Shown in pieces: positions 9,899-19,631 of a stretch of 32,000 nucleotides of DNA. The stretch covers positions 900,001-932,000 of the forward strand of contig NC_000916.1 of assembly GCF_000008645.1 (NCBI RefSeq). The letters are read 5' to 3'. The DNA is from Methanothermobacter thermautotrophicus str. Delta H (GTDB taxonomy: Archaea; Methanobacteriota; Methanobacteria; Methanobacteriales; Methanothermobacteraceae). The position numbers and the translations under genes were made by a program. Within the stretch, counting starts at the first letter, position 1. Each line of letters starts with the position of its first letter. The notes under the pieces were generated by a model. It searched no databases, had not been told where the DNA came from, and was given only the letters and a program-made list of their open reading frames with translations.

Positions 9899-10585
9899 AA
9901 CGATTATACAGGTGTCATTCCGGTCCCTCATAACCTCGTACTCGAATTCCTTCCAGCCCAGGACTGACTGGTCAATTAGGACCTGGTTGATGAAGCTCAT
10001 CTCGAGGCCCCTTGTTGCTATCTCAATGAGTTCGTCCCGGCTGTGGGCCACCCCGCCCCCTGTTCCCCCCAGGGTGAAGGCGGGCCTCACGATCACAGGG
10101 TAGCCTATCTCCTCAACCGCCTCAAGGGCCTCCTCAACTGAACTGACGGCCCTGGCTGCTGGTACTGGTTCGTTGAGCTTCTTCATGAAGCTGTCAAAGA
10201 GGTCGCGGTCCTCCACGTTCCTTATGGTTTCAATTGATGAACCTATAACACGGACTCCCTCCAGGGCGCCCATCTCTGCAAGGCCCGTTGCAACGTTGAG
10301 GCCTGTCTGGCCGCCCATCGTTGGGAGTACTGCGTCAGGTTTCTCCTTCTGGATTATCTTGGCAACGATTTCGGGTGTGAGGGGTTCGACGTAGACCCTG
10401 TCAGCCATTTCCATGTCGGTCTGTATGGTTGCAGGGTTCGAGTTCACAAGTACTGTCTCTATTCCCTCCTCCCTGAGTGATTTACATGCCTGAGAGCCAG
10501 AGTAGTCGAATTCAGCTGCCTGCCCTATCTGTATAGGGCCAGAACCTATGATAAGTACCTTATTGATGCTTTCATCCCGCGGCAT
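9893..10585 (-). CDS. carB: Carbamoyl-phosphate synthase large subunit, N-terminal portion (ends at frameshift)
   Basis: [41 protein letters not shown]...[17 protein letters not shown] then premature TAA. Start assigned to ATG 10585 by homology. Confidence 0.93.
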   Translation of the reverse strand: MPRDESINKVLIIGSGPIQIGQAAEFDYSGSQACKSLREEGIETVLVNSNPATIQTDMEMADRVYVEPLTPEIVAKIIQKEKPDAVLPTMGGQTGLNVATGLAEMGALEGVRVIGSSIETIRNVEDRDLFDSFMKKLNEPVPAARAVSSVEEALEAVEEIGYPVIVRPAFTLGGTGGGVAHSRDELIEIATRGLEMSFINQVLIDQSVLGWKEFEYEVMRDRNDTCIIVL

Positions 10586-10616
10586 TTTATCCCCATTCCT
10601 CTCATCTAATATTCCC

Positions 10617-11687
10617 TTAAAACATCCACAAGCGGTCAAAGATGTTCACCGTGTCATGTGGCCCTGGACCCGCTTCAGGGTGATACTGGACACTGAACAC
10701 CGGGAGTTCCCTGTGCTCTATACCCTCCGGTGTTCCGTCGTTGAGGTTCAGCTGTGTTATCTCTATGTCGGTGCCCTTCACTGAATCAGGGTCAACCGTG
10801 AATCCATGGTTCTGGGAGGTTATTGAAACCGTCCCACTCCTCAGGTCCTTCACAGGCTGATTTACGCCCCTGTGACCAAACTTCATCTTGTATATGCGGG
10901 CCCCGAAGGCCAGTGCGATTATCTGCTGTCCGAGGCATATCCCGAATATGGGCAGACGTTCGGATAGTGCTTTAACTGTGTCTATGGCATCCCTCACACG
11001 TGTGGGGTCCCCTGGTCCGCTTGATATGAGGAGACCGTCGGGCTCGTAATCCATGATCTCGGCGGGTGATGTGGTGTAGGGTACGATCACGACCCCCAGA
11101 TCCTTCTCAAGGAGGGCATCTATGCTGTTCCTCTTGATCCCGCAGTCAACTATAACAACCCTCCCTGATGCATCCTCATTCAGGATTACAGGTTCCCTTA
11201 CACAAACCATATCCACAAGGTCGATTTCTGTTATGTCTGGCTGTTTCACTGCCATTTCAAGCAGTTCATCATCATCAATCTCCTCGGTTGCAAGGGCACC
11301 CTTCATGGTACCCTTATCCCTTATCTTTATTGTCAGGGCGCGTGTATCCACTCCAGCTATCCCAGGAATCCCATATTCCTCCAGGAACTCCGGGAGAGTC
11401 TTTTCTGACAGGCTGTGTGAGGGTGCAGGGCACATTTCCCTGACGATGAGACCCTCGGCCTTTATCCCATCTGACTGGTACCACTCCTCGGTGACGCCGT
11501 AATTGCCCTGTAAGGGGTAGGTTGGCATCAGTATCTGGCCCCTGTATGATGGATCTGTGAGGGACTCAACATATCCTGTCATACCCGTTGCAAAGACAAC
11601 TTCCCCTGTTTTCACAGTTTCAGATCCGAATGCTTCTCCTCTGATTATGGTACCGTCTTCCAAGGCGAGTTTTGCTTCCTTAAACAT
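10617..11687 (-). CDS. carA: Carbamoyl-phosphate synthase small subunit
   Basis: [21 protein letters not shown]...; glutaminase motif [17 protein letters not shown]; GHRGVNQPV; [14 protein letters not shown]. Confidence 0.95.
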
Positions 11688-11721
11688 TTCACCACCATGA
11701 TCCTGATTTCCTTTGATTGGA

Positions 11722-12192
11722 TTAGACTGGTCGATATTCATGGCCATGGAGTGAATCAGGCTGGAGATCCATCCTCATGACCACAGCATCCTCTCCATCC
11801 TCATAATAGTTCTCTAATATCTTCTCCTCACTGAAGCCAAGGGCCCGGTAGAATTTTATGGCCCCTTTATTCCTTGCCCTTACCTCCAGTTTAATATTTT
11901 TAATGTGAAATTTTTCAAATATACTTATGGCTGTCATGACAAGTGCCGCCCCAACACCCCTCCTGCGGTAATCTTTATCAACTGCAAGTGAGATAATATG
12001 ACCCTCATCCTCAAAACGGATCCAGAATATTATGAATCCAACGACCTTCCCATCCTCCTGGGCCACAAGGAAGCCTGCTCCAAGGTTGTAGATGTCCCTG
12101 AGGAGGTGGGCGGGGTATGGGTCCATGAAGGAGTCCCTTTCAATCTTAAGGACCACCTTAAGGTCCTGTGGTCTGAACTCTCTTATTATCAT
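11722..12192 (-). CDS. rimI: GNAT-family N-acetyltransferase (RimI-like)
   Basis: [27 protein letters not shown]; acetyl-CoA motif [19 protein letters not shown]; [19 protein letters not shown]. Confidence 0.9.
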
Positions 12193-12211
12193 CTCTATCT
12201 CCGTGGTATCA

Positions 12212-12613
12212 ATGTGGAATGATCTTGCAGTTTACATAATCAGGTGCTCGGGGCCGGGAACCCGTGTTGTTGAGGTGGGTGCCGGCAGGTTCCTCTATGT
12301 TTCAGATTACATCAGGAAACATTCAAAGGTTGATTTGGTTCTTACAGATATTAAACCTTCCCATGGGGGCATTGTACGTGATGACATCACATCCCCCAGG
12401 ATGGAGATCTACCGTGGTGCCGCACTCATATACTCCATAAGACCGCCGGCAGAGATCCACAGCTCCCTCATGAGGGTCGCCGATGCTGTGGGGGCGCGGC
12501 TAATAATTAAGCCCCTGACAGGGGAGGATATTGTAACGGAAAGGAAGATGAAACTTGTCAATTATGGCAGGACATACTTCTATGAATACATAGCTGAAGT
12601 CCGCAGTAGGTGA
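12212..12613 (+). CDS. UPF0146-like Rossmann (methyltransferase-like) protein
   Basis: From ATG 12212: MWNDLAVYIIRCSGPGTRVVEVGAGRFLYVSDYIRKHSKVDLVLTDIKPSHGGIVRDDITSP. The upstream 40 aa of the ORF overlap the opposite-strand acetyltransferase and are probably not coding. Confidence 0.78.
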   Translation: MWNDLAVYIIRCSGPGTRVVEVGAGRFLYVSDYIRKHSKVDLVLTDIKPSHGGIVRDDITSPRMEIYRGAALIYSIRPPAEIHSSLMRVADAVGARLIIKPLTGEDIVTERKMKLVNYGRTYFYEYIAEVRSR

Positions 12614-12693
12614 AAGAATAGCTAACCATGTAAATGGGTGCCTTGCCACCTTGATCCCGTAACTAGGTACCGAGCACTGGATGTGCACATCAG

Positions 12694-12710
12694 TTTATAT
12701 TATATTTATT
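12694..12710 (+). promoter_or_regulatory. Candidate TATA-like element upstream of the ATPase and repeats
   Basis: TTTATATTATATTTATT in an intergenic region; transcription starting about 25 nt downstream would place the repeats in the leader. Confidence 0.35.
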
Positions 12711-12849
12711 ATGAGATGGATATGGAAATAACGTTGAAGAACAGCTGGACTTATGATGGATATGAGAACAACATTGAATAACTGGACTGAGAGAAAATCC
12801 GCAGACGGAACTTATATGAAAGAATAACGTTGAAGAACAGCTGGTTGAC
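12709..12849. repeat. Three imperfect ~37-42 bp repeats upstream of the P-type ATPase
   Basis: Core AATAACGTTGAAGAACAGCTGG is exact at 12727-12748 and 12823-12844; a degenerate copy (AACAACATTGAATAACTGGAC) lies between them (about 12767-12787). Each copy is preceded by TTATGA/TTATATG-type sequence. Confidence 0.85.
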
Positions 12850-12907
12850 AGAATCCACAGAATGAACTTATTAAATGTGCTAATTAAAGATTTAAGACGT
12901 GTTTAAA

Positions 12908-15433
12908 ATGAAATGGGCTGATATGAGTTTAGATGAAGTTTTAAAGGAACTTAAAACGTCCAGGAAGGGTTTAAGCCAGGACGAGGCATCGAGGAGACTT
13001 GAGAAATACGGGAAGAACGAACTCGTTGAGGAGAAGAAGGCTGGCCCGGTGAAGCTATTCCTCAGCCAGTTCATGGACATACTCATAATACTCCTCATAC
13101 TGGCTGCCGTTGCATCCTACTTCGTGGGTGACGTCCTTGACTCTGCAGTCATCCTCTTTGTTGTGGTTGTAAACGCCACCGTTGGATTCATCCAGGAGTA
13201 CCGGGCCGAGCGTGCCATGGAGAAACTCAAGGGTCTGGTATCGACAGAAGCTGTCGTCATAAGGGACGGTGAGACCCTGAGGATCCCTGCATCCGAGCTA
13301 ACCCTGGGAGACATGGTGATCATAGAGGAGGGAGATAATGTACCCGCCGACCTCCGGTTGATAGAAACCTATGATCTCCGGATAGACGAATCAGCCCTCA
13401 CCGGGGAATCAATACCCGTCAGGAAGACACATGAAAATCCTGAAGATGAAAGGGATGTTATTGCATTCATGGACTCTAACGTTGTCTCAGGGCGCGGCAA
13501 GGGGGCTGTGATAGCCACCGGCATGGAGACCTCCATGGGTAAAATCGCCAGGATGATACAGGAGGATGAGGGTAAAACACCCCTCCAGGAGAAGATAATC
13601 TCCCTAGGGAAGAACCTCGGCCTCATAGCAGTGGTGGTATGTGCCCTTGTATTTGCAATACAGTTCCTCCGCGGCCTGCCACTGGTGGACACATTCATGA
13701 CAGCAGTTTCCCTTGCCGTCGCATCTGTACCTGAGGGACTGCCAGCAATACTCACACTGACCCTTGCCCTTGGAATGCAGAGGATGGCCAGGAGCAACGC
13801 CATAGTGAGGAGACTCCTTGCAGTGGAGACACTCGGTTCCTGCTCTGTGATCTGCACAGACAAGACAGGTACACTGACCCACAACCGGATGACCGTGAGG
13901 GAATCAGAGCTCACATCACCTGAAATGGCCCTCCTGGTATGCGCACTCTGCAACAACGCCACATCATCTGAGGGGGGTGTGATAGGTGACCCCACAGATG
14001 CTGCCATACTGAGCTTCGCAGCTGAGAAGGGCTACCTGCGGGATGAACTCGAAAGGAAGTACCCCCGTCTGGCAGAGATACCCCTTGACAGTACAAGAAA
14101 GAGGATGAGCACCATAAACCAGCTGGAGGACGGAAGGTACCTCCTCGTGAAGGGAGCCCCCGAGATAATACTCAGAAGATGCCGTTACATCGACAGCGGT
14201 GATGGTGTTAAGGAACTGACTGATGAAGAAGTGGAAAGGTGGCTCTCCAGACTCAATGATATGACCTCAAGGGCCCTCCGGGTGCTTGCACTGGCCTACA
14301 GAAAACTCCCTGACGGTGACGATGAGGAGAAGGACCTGGTGTTTGTCGGACTTGTTGGTATGATGGATCCGCCAAGAAGGGAGGCTGCTGATGCCATAGA
14401 AACCTGTAAGAGGGCCGGTATAAAGGTTGTTATGATTACAGGGGATCACAGGGACACCGCTGTTGCCATAGCACATGAACTGGGACTCATGGACAACGGG
14501 ATGGCCCTCACAGGCAGGGAGCTTGATGAGCTCAGTGACGAGGAGTTCCATGAAATCGTTGAGGATGTGAGGGTCTATGCACGTGTTTTTCCCGAGCAGA
14601 AGGTCAGGATAGTTGAGGCCCTCCAGGGCAGGGGCCATGTGGTCGCCATGACCGGCGACGGGGTGAACGATGCCCCGGCCCTCAAGAAGGCCGCCATCGG
14701 TGTGGCTATGGGCAGCGGTACAGATGTGGCCAGGGAATCCTCCGACATGGTCCTCCAGGATGATAACTTCGCAACCATCGTCAGGGCGGTTAAGGAGGGC
14801 AGAACTATATTCGATAATATAAGGCGTTTTGTTAAGTTCCAGCTCTCAACAAACGTGGGGGCCATCCTGACAATTGTGTCAGCATCCCTCATCAACCTCC
14901 CGGTCCCCTTCAACCCGATACAGATACTCTGGATCAACATAATAATGGATGGACCACCTGCACAGTCCCTGGGTGTTGAGCCCCCTGAGTCAGATATAAT
15001 GCTCCGCGGACCTGAAAGGGAGAATATACTCCCAGGGAGGAACCTCCTGAGGATAATCCTTGCAGGTGCTGTGATGGCCGCCGGTACCCTGGGGCTCTAC
15101 ATGTACATGCTATCATCAGGAGCGGGGATTGAGAGGGCCATGACAGTGGCCTTCACGGTGTTCGTCGTCTTCCAGATATTCAACGTCTTCAACTGCAAGT
15201 CACGGACTGGCCTGTCAAACAGGGCGCTGATCCTTGCCGTTGTGGCCTCACTGGCCCTGCAGATCCTCGTGATCTACCTTTCACCCCTTGAGGGCATATT
15301 CAGGACTGTGCCACTATCAGTGGTGGACTGGGTGCTGATAGTCCTGGTGGCATCACTGATACTCATCCTCGAGGCTGTCCTGAGATTCTCTGATGGGAGA
15401 AATAAAGTAAAGGAGAACCGTGCAAACCCCTGA
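12908..15433 (+). CDS. P-type cation-transporting ATPase (P2A/PMR1-SERCA-like)
   Basis: ICTDKTGTLTHNRMTV phosphorylation site; VPEGLPAILTLTLALGM; TGDGVNDAPALKKAAIGVAMG; ILWINIIMDGPPAQSLGVEPPESDIM. ATG 12908 chosen over GTG 12899. Confidence 0.95.
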   Translation: MKWADMSLDEVLKELKTSRKGLSQDEASRRLEKYGKNELVEEKKAGPVKLFLSQFMDILIILLILAAVASYFVGDVLDSAVILFVVVVNATVGFIQEYRAERAMEKLKGLVSTEAVVIRDGETLRIPASELTLGDMVIIEEGDNVPADLRLIETYDLRIDESALTGESIPVRKTHENPEDERDVIAFMDSNVVSGRGKGAVIATGMETSMGKIARMIQEDEGKTPLQEKIISLGKNLGLIAVVVCALVFAIQFLRGLPLVDTFMTAVSLAVASVPEGLPAILTLTLALGMQRMARSNAIVRRLLAVETLGSCSVICTDKTGTLTHNRMTVRESELTSPEMALLVCALCNNATSSEGGVIGDPTDAAILSFAAEKGYLRDELERKYPRLAEIPLDSTRKRMSTINQLEDGRYLLVKGAPEIILRRCRYIDSGDGVKELTDEEVERWLSRLNDMTSRALRVLALAYRKLPDGDDEEKDLVFVGLVGMMDPPRREAADAIETCKRAGIKVVMITGDHRDTAVAIAHELGLMDNGMALTGRELDELSDEEFHEIVEDVRVYARVFPEQKVRIVEALQGRGHVVAMTGDGVNDAPALKKAAIGVAMGSGTDVARESSDMVLQDDNFATIVRAVKEGRTIFDNIRRFVKFQLSTNVGAILTIVSASLINLPVPFNPIQILWINIIMDGPPAQSLGVEPPESDIMLRGPERENILPGRNLLRIILAGAVMAAGTLGLYMYMLSSGAGIERAMTVAFTVFVVFQIFNVFNCKSRTGLSNRALILAVVASLALQILVIYLSPLEGIFRTVPLSVVDWVLIVLVASLILILEAVLRFSDGRNKVKENRANP

Positions 15434-15533
15434 GATAAAGGAGGGAACAGAACAGTACCTCTGGAGAAGAAAAACAATGAACCCTGGAGATAAAGGAGTG
15501 AAGAGAAAGGGAAGTGACCGGCAGAGAGAAAAA

Positions 15534-16328
15534 ATGTCTGTCATCGTTATGGCCGGGACAGAGGATGCCAGGAGGATAATCTCGAGGCTCTCAGGGATGC
15601 CATGGGTCGAGGTGACAGCCACTGCGACAACAGAGCATGGATCTGACCTTGCAGAGAAGTCTGGAGCCTCAAGGACAGTTACAGGAGCTCTGGACAGTGA
15701 TGGGCTCCGTGAACTCATGGCAGACCTTGATGCCTGCATCCTGATTGACGCCACCCACCCCTTCGCAGCCCAGGCAACAGAAAATGCTCTCAGGGCCTGC
15801 AGGGAAACCGGAACCATTTATGTGAGGTTTGAAAGGCCGGAAGTTATCCCTGATGGAGTTATAAGGGTCGGTTCATTCAGGGAGGCCGGTGAAGTCGCCT
15901 CATCCCTCATAGGGGATGGGGAGGTTGTGATGCACCTTGCTGGTGTATCCACCCTGGGTGATGTCCTCAGATCCCTTGAACCTGAGAGGGTTGCTGTCCG
16001 CGTACTCCCCTCCACCTCATCCATCGAGAAATGCCTCCAGCTGGGGGTCCCGCCCAGCCATATCATCGCCATGCAGGGCAGATTCTCGGCTGAAATGAAC
16101 CTCGCCCTCCTCCGGGAATACCGTGCAGGTGCTGTTATAACCAAGGAGAGCGGTGAAACAGGTGGGCTCCCTGAGAAGGTTGAGGCGGCATCAGAACTCG
16201 GCATACCGGTTATACTCGTGGAGAGACCGGAGGTTAACCTTGAGGGTGAGGCTGTCTTCGGTAACATCAACGACCTCATGGACCATGTGCTGAAGATCCT
16301 CAGGGATATGGGACAGCCAGGTGACTGA
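15534..16328 (+). CDS. cbiJ: Precorrin-6A/cobalt-precorrin-6A reductase-like protein
   Basis: MSVIVMAGTEDARRIISRLS...; ILIDATHPFAAQATENALRACRETGTIYVRFERPE; VITKESGETGG. The upstream 38 aa of the ORF look non-coding. Confidence 0.85.
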   Translation: MSVIVMAGTEDARRIISRLSGMPWVEVTATATTEHGSDLAEKSGASRTVTGALDSDGLRELMADLDACILIDATHPFAAQATENALRACRETGTIYVRFERPEVIPDGVIRVGSFREAGEVASSLIGDGEVVMHLAGVSTLGDVLRSLEPERVAVRVLPSTSSIEKCLQLGVPPSHIIAMQGRFSAEMNLALLREYRAGAVITKESGETGGLPEKVEAASELGIPVILVERPEVNLEGEAVFGNINDLMDHVLKILRDMGQPGD

Positions 16329-16382
16329 AGTGATACCCTGGACCTCGCACCGACCCTCTAACTGCTGATTTTCTACCCCATA

Positions 16383-17609
16383 CTACCGATTTTCGAAGAG
16401 GACAACTTCAACTTCCTCTCCCTCATTGATGATCTCAACGTTCTTGGGGACCTCGATGTAACCATCGGCCCCTGCCAGGGCTGCTACTGCACCTGAATCC
16501 TTGAATATTGGGCGTGCATAATCCCCGTCCACCATCACAAGTGCATAGTGCACCCTGCCCCTTGATGAGTGGAGCCGCTCTGCAAGTTTAAGGGTTTTAA
16601 CATGCCCTGAGGATGCCTTTCTACCTGACAGTTTCCTTATGAAGGGTTCTATGAGTGACATGAACACTATGAGGGCTGATACAGGGAACCCCGGGAGTCC
16701 GACAACAATTTTATCATCAACCACCCCGACTATAGTGGGTTTACCAGGCTTTATTGAGATACCATGAATAACCACCCTGCCCAGTTCATCCAGGACCTCC
16801 GAGAGTATGTCACCGGCCCCTGCAGATGTCCCCCCGGATGTTATTACCATATCAGCCTCCTCAAGGCCCCTGAGGATGGCATCCCTGAGCTCTCCATAGT
16901 CATCCCGCACTATCCCTCCATGTTTAACAGAGCAGCCAGCCTCCTTCAGGGCGGATGAAAGGCCCGCGGAATTTGAATCAAATATTTTACCTGGCTCTAG
17001 CTGTCCTGATGGCTCAATGAGTTCATTACCCGTGGATATAACACATACAGATGGTTTTGAAATCACATTGACGCGGGTTATCCCTGCAGCTGAGAGGGCT
17101 GCTATTTTATCGGGTGAAAGTACTGTTCCAGTCCTGAGGAGGACGTTTCCCGCCCTGATATCGGATCCCCTTGCAGCTATGTGCTGGGACGGGTAGGCAG
17201 GTCTCTGAATGTAAACCCGGTCCACCTCCTCCCAGGTGTACTCCACCATGACCACTGCGTCTGCACCCTCAGGCACAGGGGCCCCGGTGCTTATCCTGGT
17301 ACACAAACCCTCAGCAACCTCAAGGGACGGTACAGACCCCGCCTCAACGGTCTCGATGCACCTCAGGGTGGCAGGGTTCTCCTCATCTGCCCCGAAGGTG
17401 TCCGCGGCCCTCACAGCATAGCCATCCCTGGAAGCCCTGTCAAATGGTGGGAGGTCCACCGGACTTTCGATGTCATCAGCAAGCACCCTTCCATCAGCAT
17501 CCAGTATATCAACACTTTCAGTGCCCTGGCTGTAGAGTTCACTGAACAGTTCCCCTGTTATTCTCCTGGCATCATCCAGATCGATTATCTCAAGAAATTC
17601 AACACCCAT
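16383..17609 (-). CDS. moeA: Molybdopterin molybdenumtransferase (MoeA)
   Basis: PPFDRASRDGYAVRAADTFGADEENP; GAPVPEGADAVVMVEYT; ISTGNELIEP; VITSGGTSAGAGD; GLPGFPVSALIVF. Confidence 0.95.
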   Translation of the reverse strand: MGVEFLEIIDLDDARRITGELFSELYSQGTESVDILDADGRVLADDIESPVDLPPFDRASRDGYAVRAADTFGADEENPATLRCIETVEAGSVPSLEVAEGLCTRISTGAPVPEGADAVVMVEYTWEEVDRVYIQRPAYPSQHIAARGSDIRAGNVLLRTGTVLSPDKIAALSAAGITRVNVISKPSVCVISTGNELIEPSGQLEPGKIFDSNSAGLSSALKEAGCSVKHGGIVRDDYGELRDAILRGLEEADMVITSGGTSAGAGDILSEVLDELGRVVIHGISIKPGKPTIVGVVDDKIVVGLPGFPVSALIVFMSLIEPFIRKLSGRKASSGHVKTLKLAERLHSSRGRVHYALVMVDGDYARPIFKDSGAVAALAGADGYIEVPKNVEIINEGEEVEVVLFENR

Positions 17610-17751
17610 CAAATCACCGCGAATCTAGTCTCCTGAGCAATTTATTTATATCTGCACGGGTAATAAATTATAATGTCTATTTCTTTGATTGCTGGATATT
17701 AAATTCCATTAAAATCAAAGTTAACCAACGAAAAAATCAGGAGGAGAGTAT

Positions 17752-18051
17752 TTGAGTAGAGGACATCAGACACAGGAAGTCAGGCGTGTTAGGACCCCCA
17801 GGAGGGGTGAGATACCGGGAGTTGTTGAACAGATAATGGGCCACGGAAAACTGAAGGTGAGGTGTGCCGATGGCCATATAAGGCTCGGCCGTATCCCCGG
17901 GAAGATGAAAAAGAGGATATGGATACGTGAAGGGGACGTGGTCCTCGTTAAGCCCTGGGAGTTCCAGAGCGAAGAGAAGGCTGATATCGTCTGGAGATAC
18001 ACACGTACAGAGTCAAACTGGCTCGAAAGGAAGGGTTACCTTAAACTGTAA
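17752..18051 (+). CDS. eif1A: Translation initiation factor aIF-1A
   Basis: VRTPRRGEIPGVVEQIMGHGKLKVRCADGHIRLGRIPGKMKKRIWIREGDVVLVKPWEFQSEEKADIVWRYT; TTG start preceded by AGGAGGAG. Confidence 0.95.
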   Translation: MSRGHQTQEVRRVRTPRRGEIPGVVEQIMGHGKLKVRCADGHIRLGRIPGKMKKRIWIREGDVVLVKPWEFQSEEKADIVWRYTRTESNWLERKGYLKL

Positions 18052-18062
18052 AGTTGATTTTA

Positions 18063-18875
18063 ATGGACCCCGAAGAAACCGGGAAGGCCCCCGAGATCAG
18101 GGCCCTTAAATCCAGGGCAGTGAACAGGGTTGATTCCGACCTCGGCCGGATGGAGGCTGTTAAAAGATTGAAGGGTGTTGAGGACCGGCGGGTCGGTAGC
18201 GAGGTCTTTGATGAGCTGACCCTCAAAACCCTCTACAAGCTGGCGAATTCAGGTTACCTTGCTGTTCTCAATGGTGCTGTGAGTACCGGGAAGGAGGCCA
18301 ATGTCTTCAAGGGCATCACAGACACCGACGACTTCGTTGCAGTCAAGATCTACCGGGTGGCCACATCCGACTTCAAGAAGATGCAGTACTACATCCAGGG
18401 GGACCCCAGATTCAAGGTCAGGACAACAAACAGGCGCCAGCTGGTCCAGGCCTGGGTTAACAAGGAATTCCGGAACCTTAAGAGGGCACTTGAGGCAGGG
18501 GTCCGTGTACCGGAACCGGTCACTGCAAGGGACAATGTGCTCATAATGGAATTCATTGGGAAGGATGGTGTTCCGGCGCCCACCATGCGGGACGCCCCAC
18601 CAGAGGACCCTGAGGAAGCCCTTGAGACAATAATTGAATACATGCACCGCCTCTATAAGGGAGCCCGGCTTGTCCATGGGGATCTATCATTCTTCAACAT
18701 ACTCAACCATTGCGGTGAACCCGTGATAATAGATGTATCCCAGGCAATGGTGCTTGACCATCCCCTTGCCGGCGAACTCCTTGAAAGGGACATAGAGAAC
18801 ATAATACGTGACTTCAGAAGGATAGGAGTTTCTGTAAGTGCAGATTATATCCGGGAGAGGATAACCGGAAAGTGA
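18063..18875 (+). CDS. rio1: RIO1-type serine protein kinase
   Basis: VLNGAVSTGKEANVFKGITDTDDFVAVKIYRVATSDFKKMQYYIQGDPRF; LVHGDLSFFNILNHCGEPVIIDVSQAMVLDHPLA. Confidence 0.95.
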   Translation: MDPEETGKAPEIRALKSRAVNRVDSDLGRMEAVKRLKGVEDRRVGSEVFDELTLKTLYKLANSGYLAVLNGAVSTGKEANVFKGITDTDDFVAVKIYRVATSDFKKMQYYIQGDPRFKVRTTNRRQLVQAWVNKEFRNLKRALEAGVRVPEPVTARDNVLIMEFIGKDGVPAPTMRDAPPEDPEEALETIIEYMHRLYKGARLVHGDLSFFNILNHCGEPVIIDVSQAMVLDHPLAGELLERDIENIIRDFRRIGVSVSADYIRERITGK

Positions 18876-19064
18876 ACATGAAGAACCGGGAAAACATATA
18901 TACTGTAGAAAAAAACCAGTATGATGTTAGGGGTCTCTACAGGGAATAAACAGCAGATCCATAGGCCAGGAAGTCCCTGATAATCGGCAAACCCATGAAA
19001 ATCAAAAAATATGGCCAAAAAACAGCATAATCCATAAACCATTTATTTCATCGAGGTGAATGAA

Positions 19065-19631
19065 ATGCCAGCCGAGGAATACATTAAAATACCCCGTGAG
19101 AGGGTCGGAGTTTTAATAGGCAAAAACGGTGCGGTTAAGGCAAAGATAGAGCGCCTGACCCAGACTGAACTGGAAATTGACAGCGAAACCGGTGCAGTTA
19201 CTCTCATACCACAGGATGAACTGGAGGACCCCCTCTCACCATGGAAGGCCAGGCACATTGTCAGGGCCATAGGGAGGGGTTTCAACCCTGAGGTTGCCCT
19301 GAGGCTCCTTGATGACGATGTCGCCCTTGAGGTCATCAAGATAACCGACTATGTTGGTAAATCCAAGAAGGCCATTGCAAGGCAGAAGGGCCGTGTCATC
19401 GGCCGTGAAGGTATAACAAGGCGTATAATCCATGATATGACCGGCGTGGACATATCTGTTTACGGCAAGACGGTTTCACTCATAGGAGAATTTGAGAAAC
19501 TCGCTGTTGCCAGGGAAGCCATTGAAATGATACTTAATGGTGCAAGACACAAATCTGTGTACGCATTTCTCGAAAAGAAGAAGCAGGAACTGAAAATGAA
19601 GGAGTTTCAGGAAGGCGCTAAATTAATGTAA
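19065..19631 (+). CDS. KH-domain RNA-binding protein (archaeal Pno1/Dim2-like)
   Basis: [35 protein letters not shown] and [51 protein letters not shown] Shine-Dalgarno 5 nt before ATG 19065. Confidence 0.92.
   Translation: MPAEEYIKIPRERVGVLIGKNGAVKAKIERLTQTELEIDSETGAVTLIPQDELEDPLSPWKARHIVRAIGRGFNPEVALRLLDDDVALEVIKITDYVGKSKKAIARQKGRVIGREGITRRIIHDMTGVDISVYGKTVSLIGEFEKLAVAREAIEMILNGARHKSVYAFLEKKKQELKMKEFQEGAKLM

Noticed and set aside
9893-9900. Programmed +1 frameshift at CTG TAA C in carB
   Set aside because: Superficially like prfB, but the P-site tRNA would have to re-pair from CUG to UGU, which is poor, and no stimulatory Shine-Dalgarno-like element is apparent.
9265-9933. 222-aa plus-strand ORF opposite carB
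   Set aside because: Tyr/Leu/Gly-rich composition is the reverse-frame image of conserved carB codons.
7405-10585. carB read as two natural genes (carB1/carB2) as in some archaea
   Set aside because: The break falls in the middle of the first ATP-grasp catalytic motif IIVCNMEN, and one base removal rejoins it. A natural split would be expected between domains.
13369-14007. 212-aa minus-strand ORF opposite the P-type ATPase
   Set aside because: Antisense shadow of a strongly conserved coding region; Ser/Thr/Val-rich with no domain.
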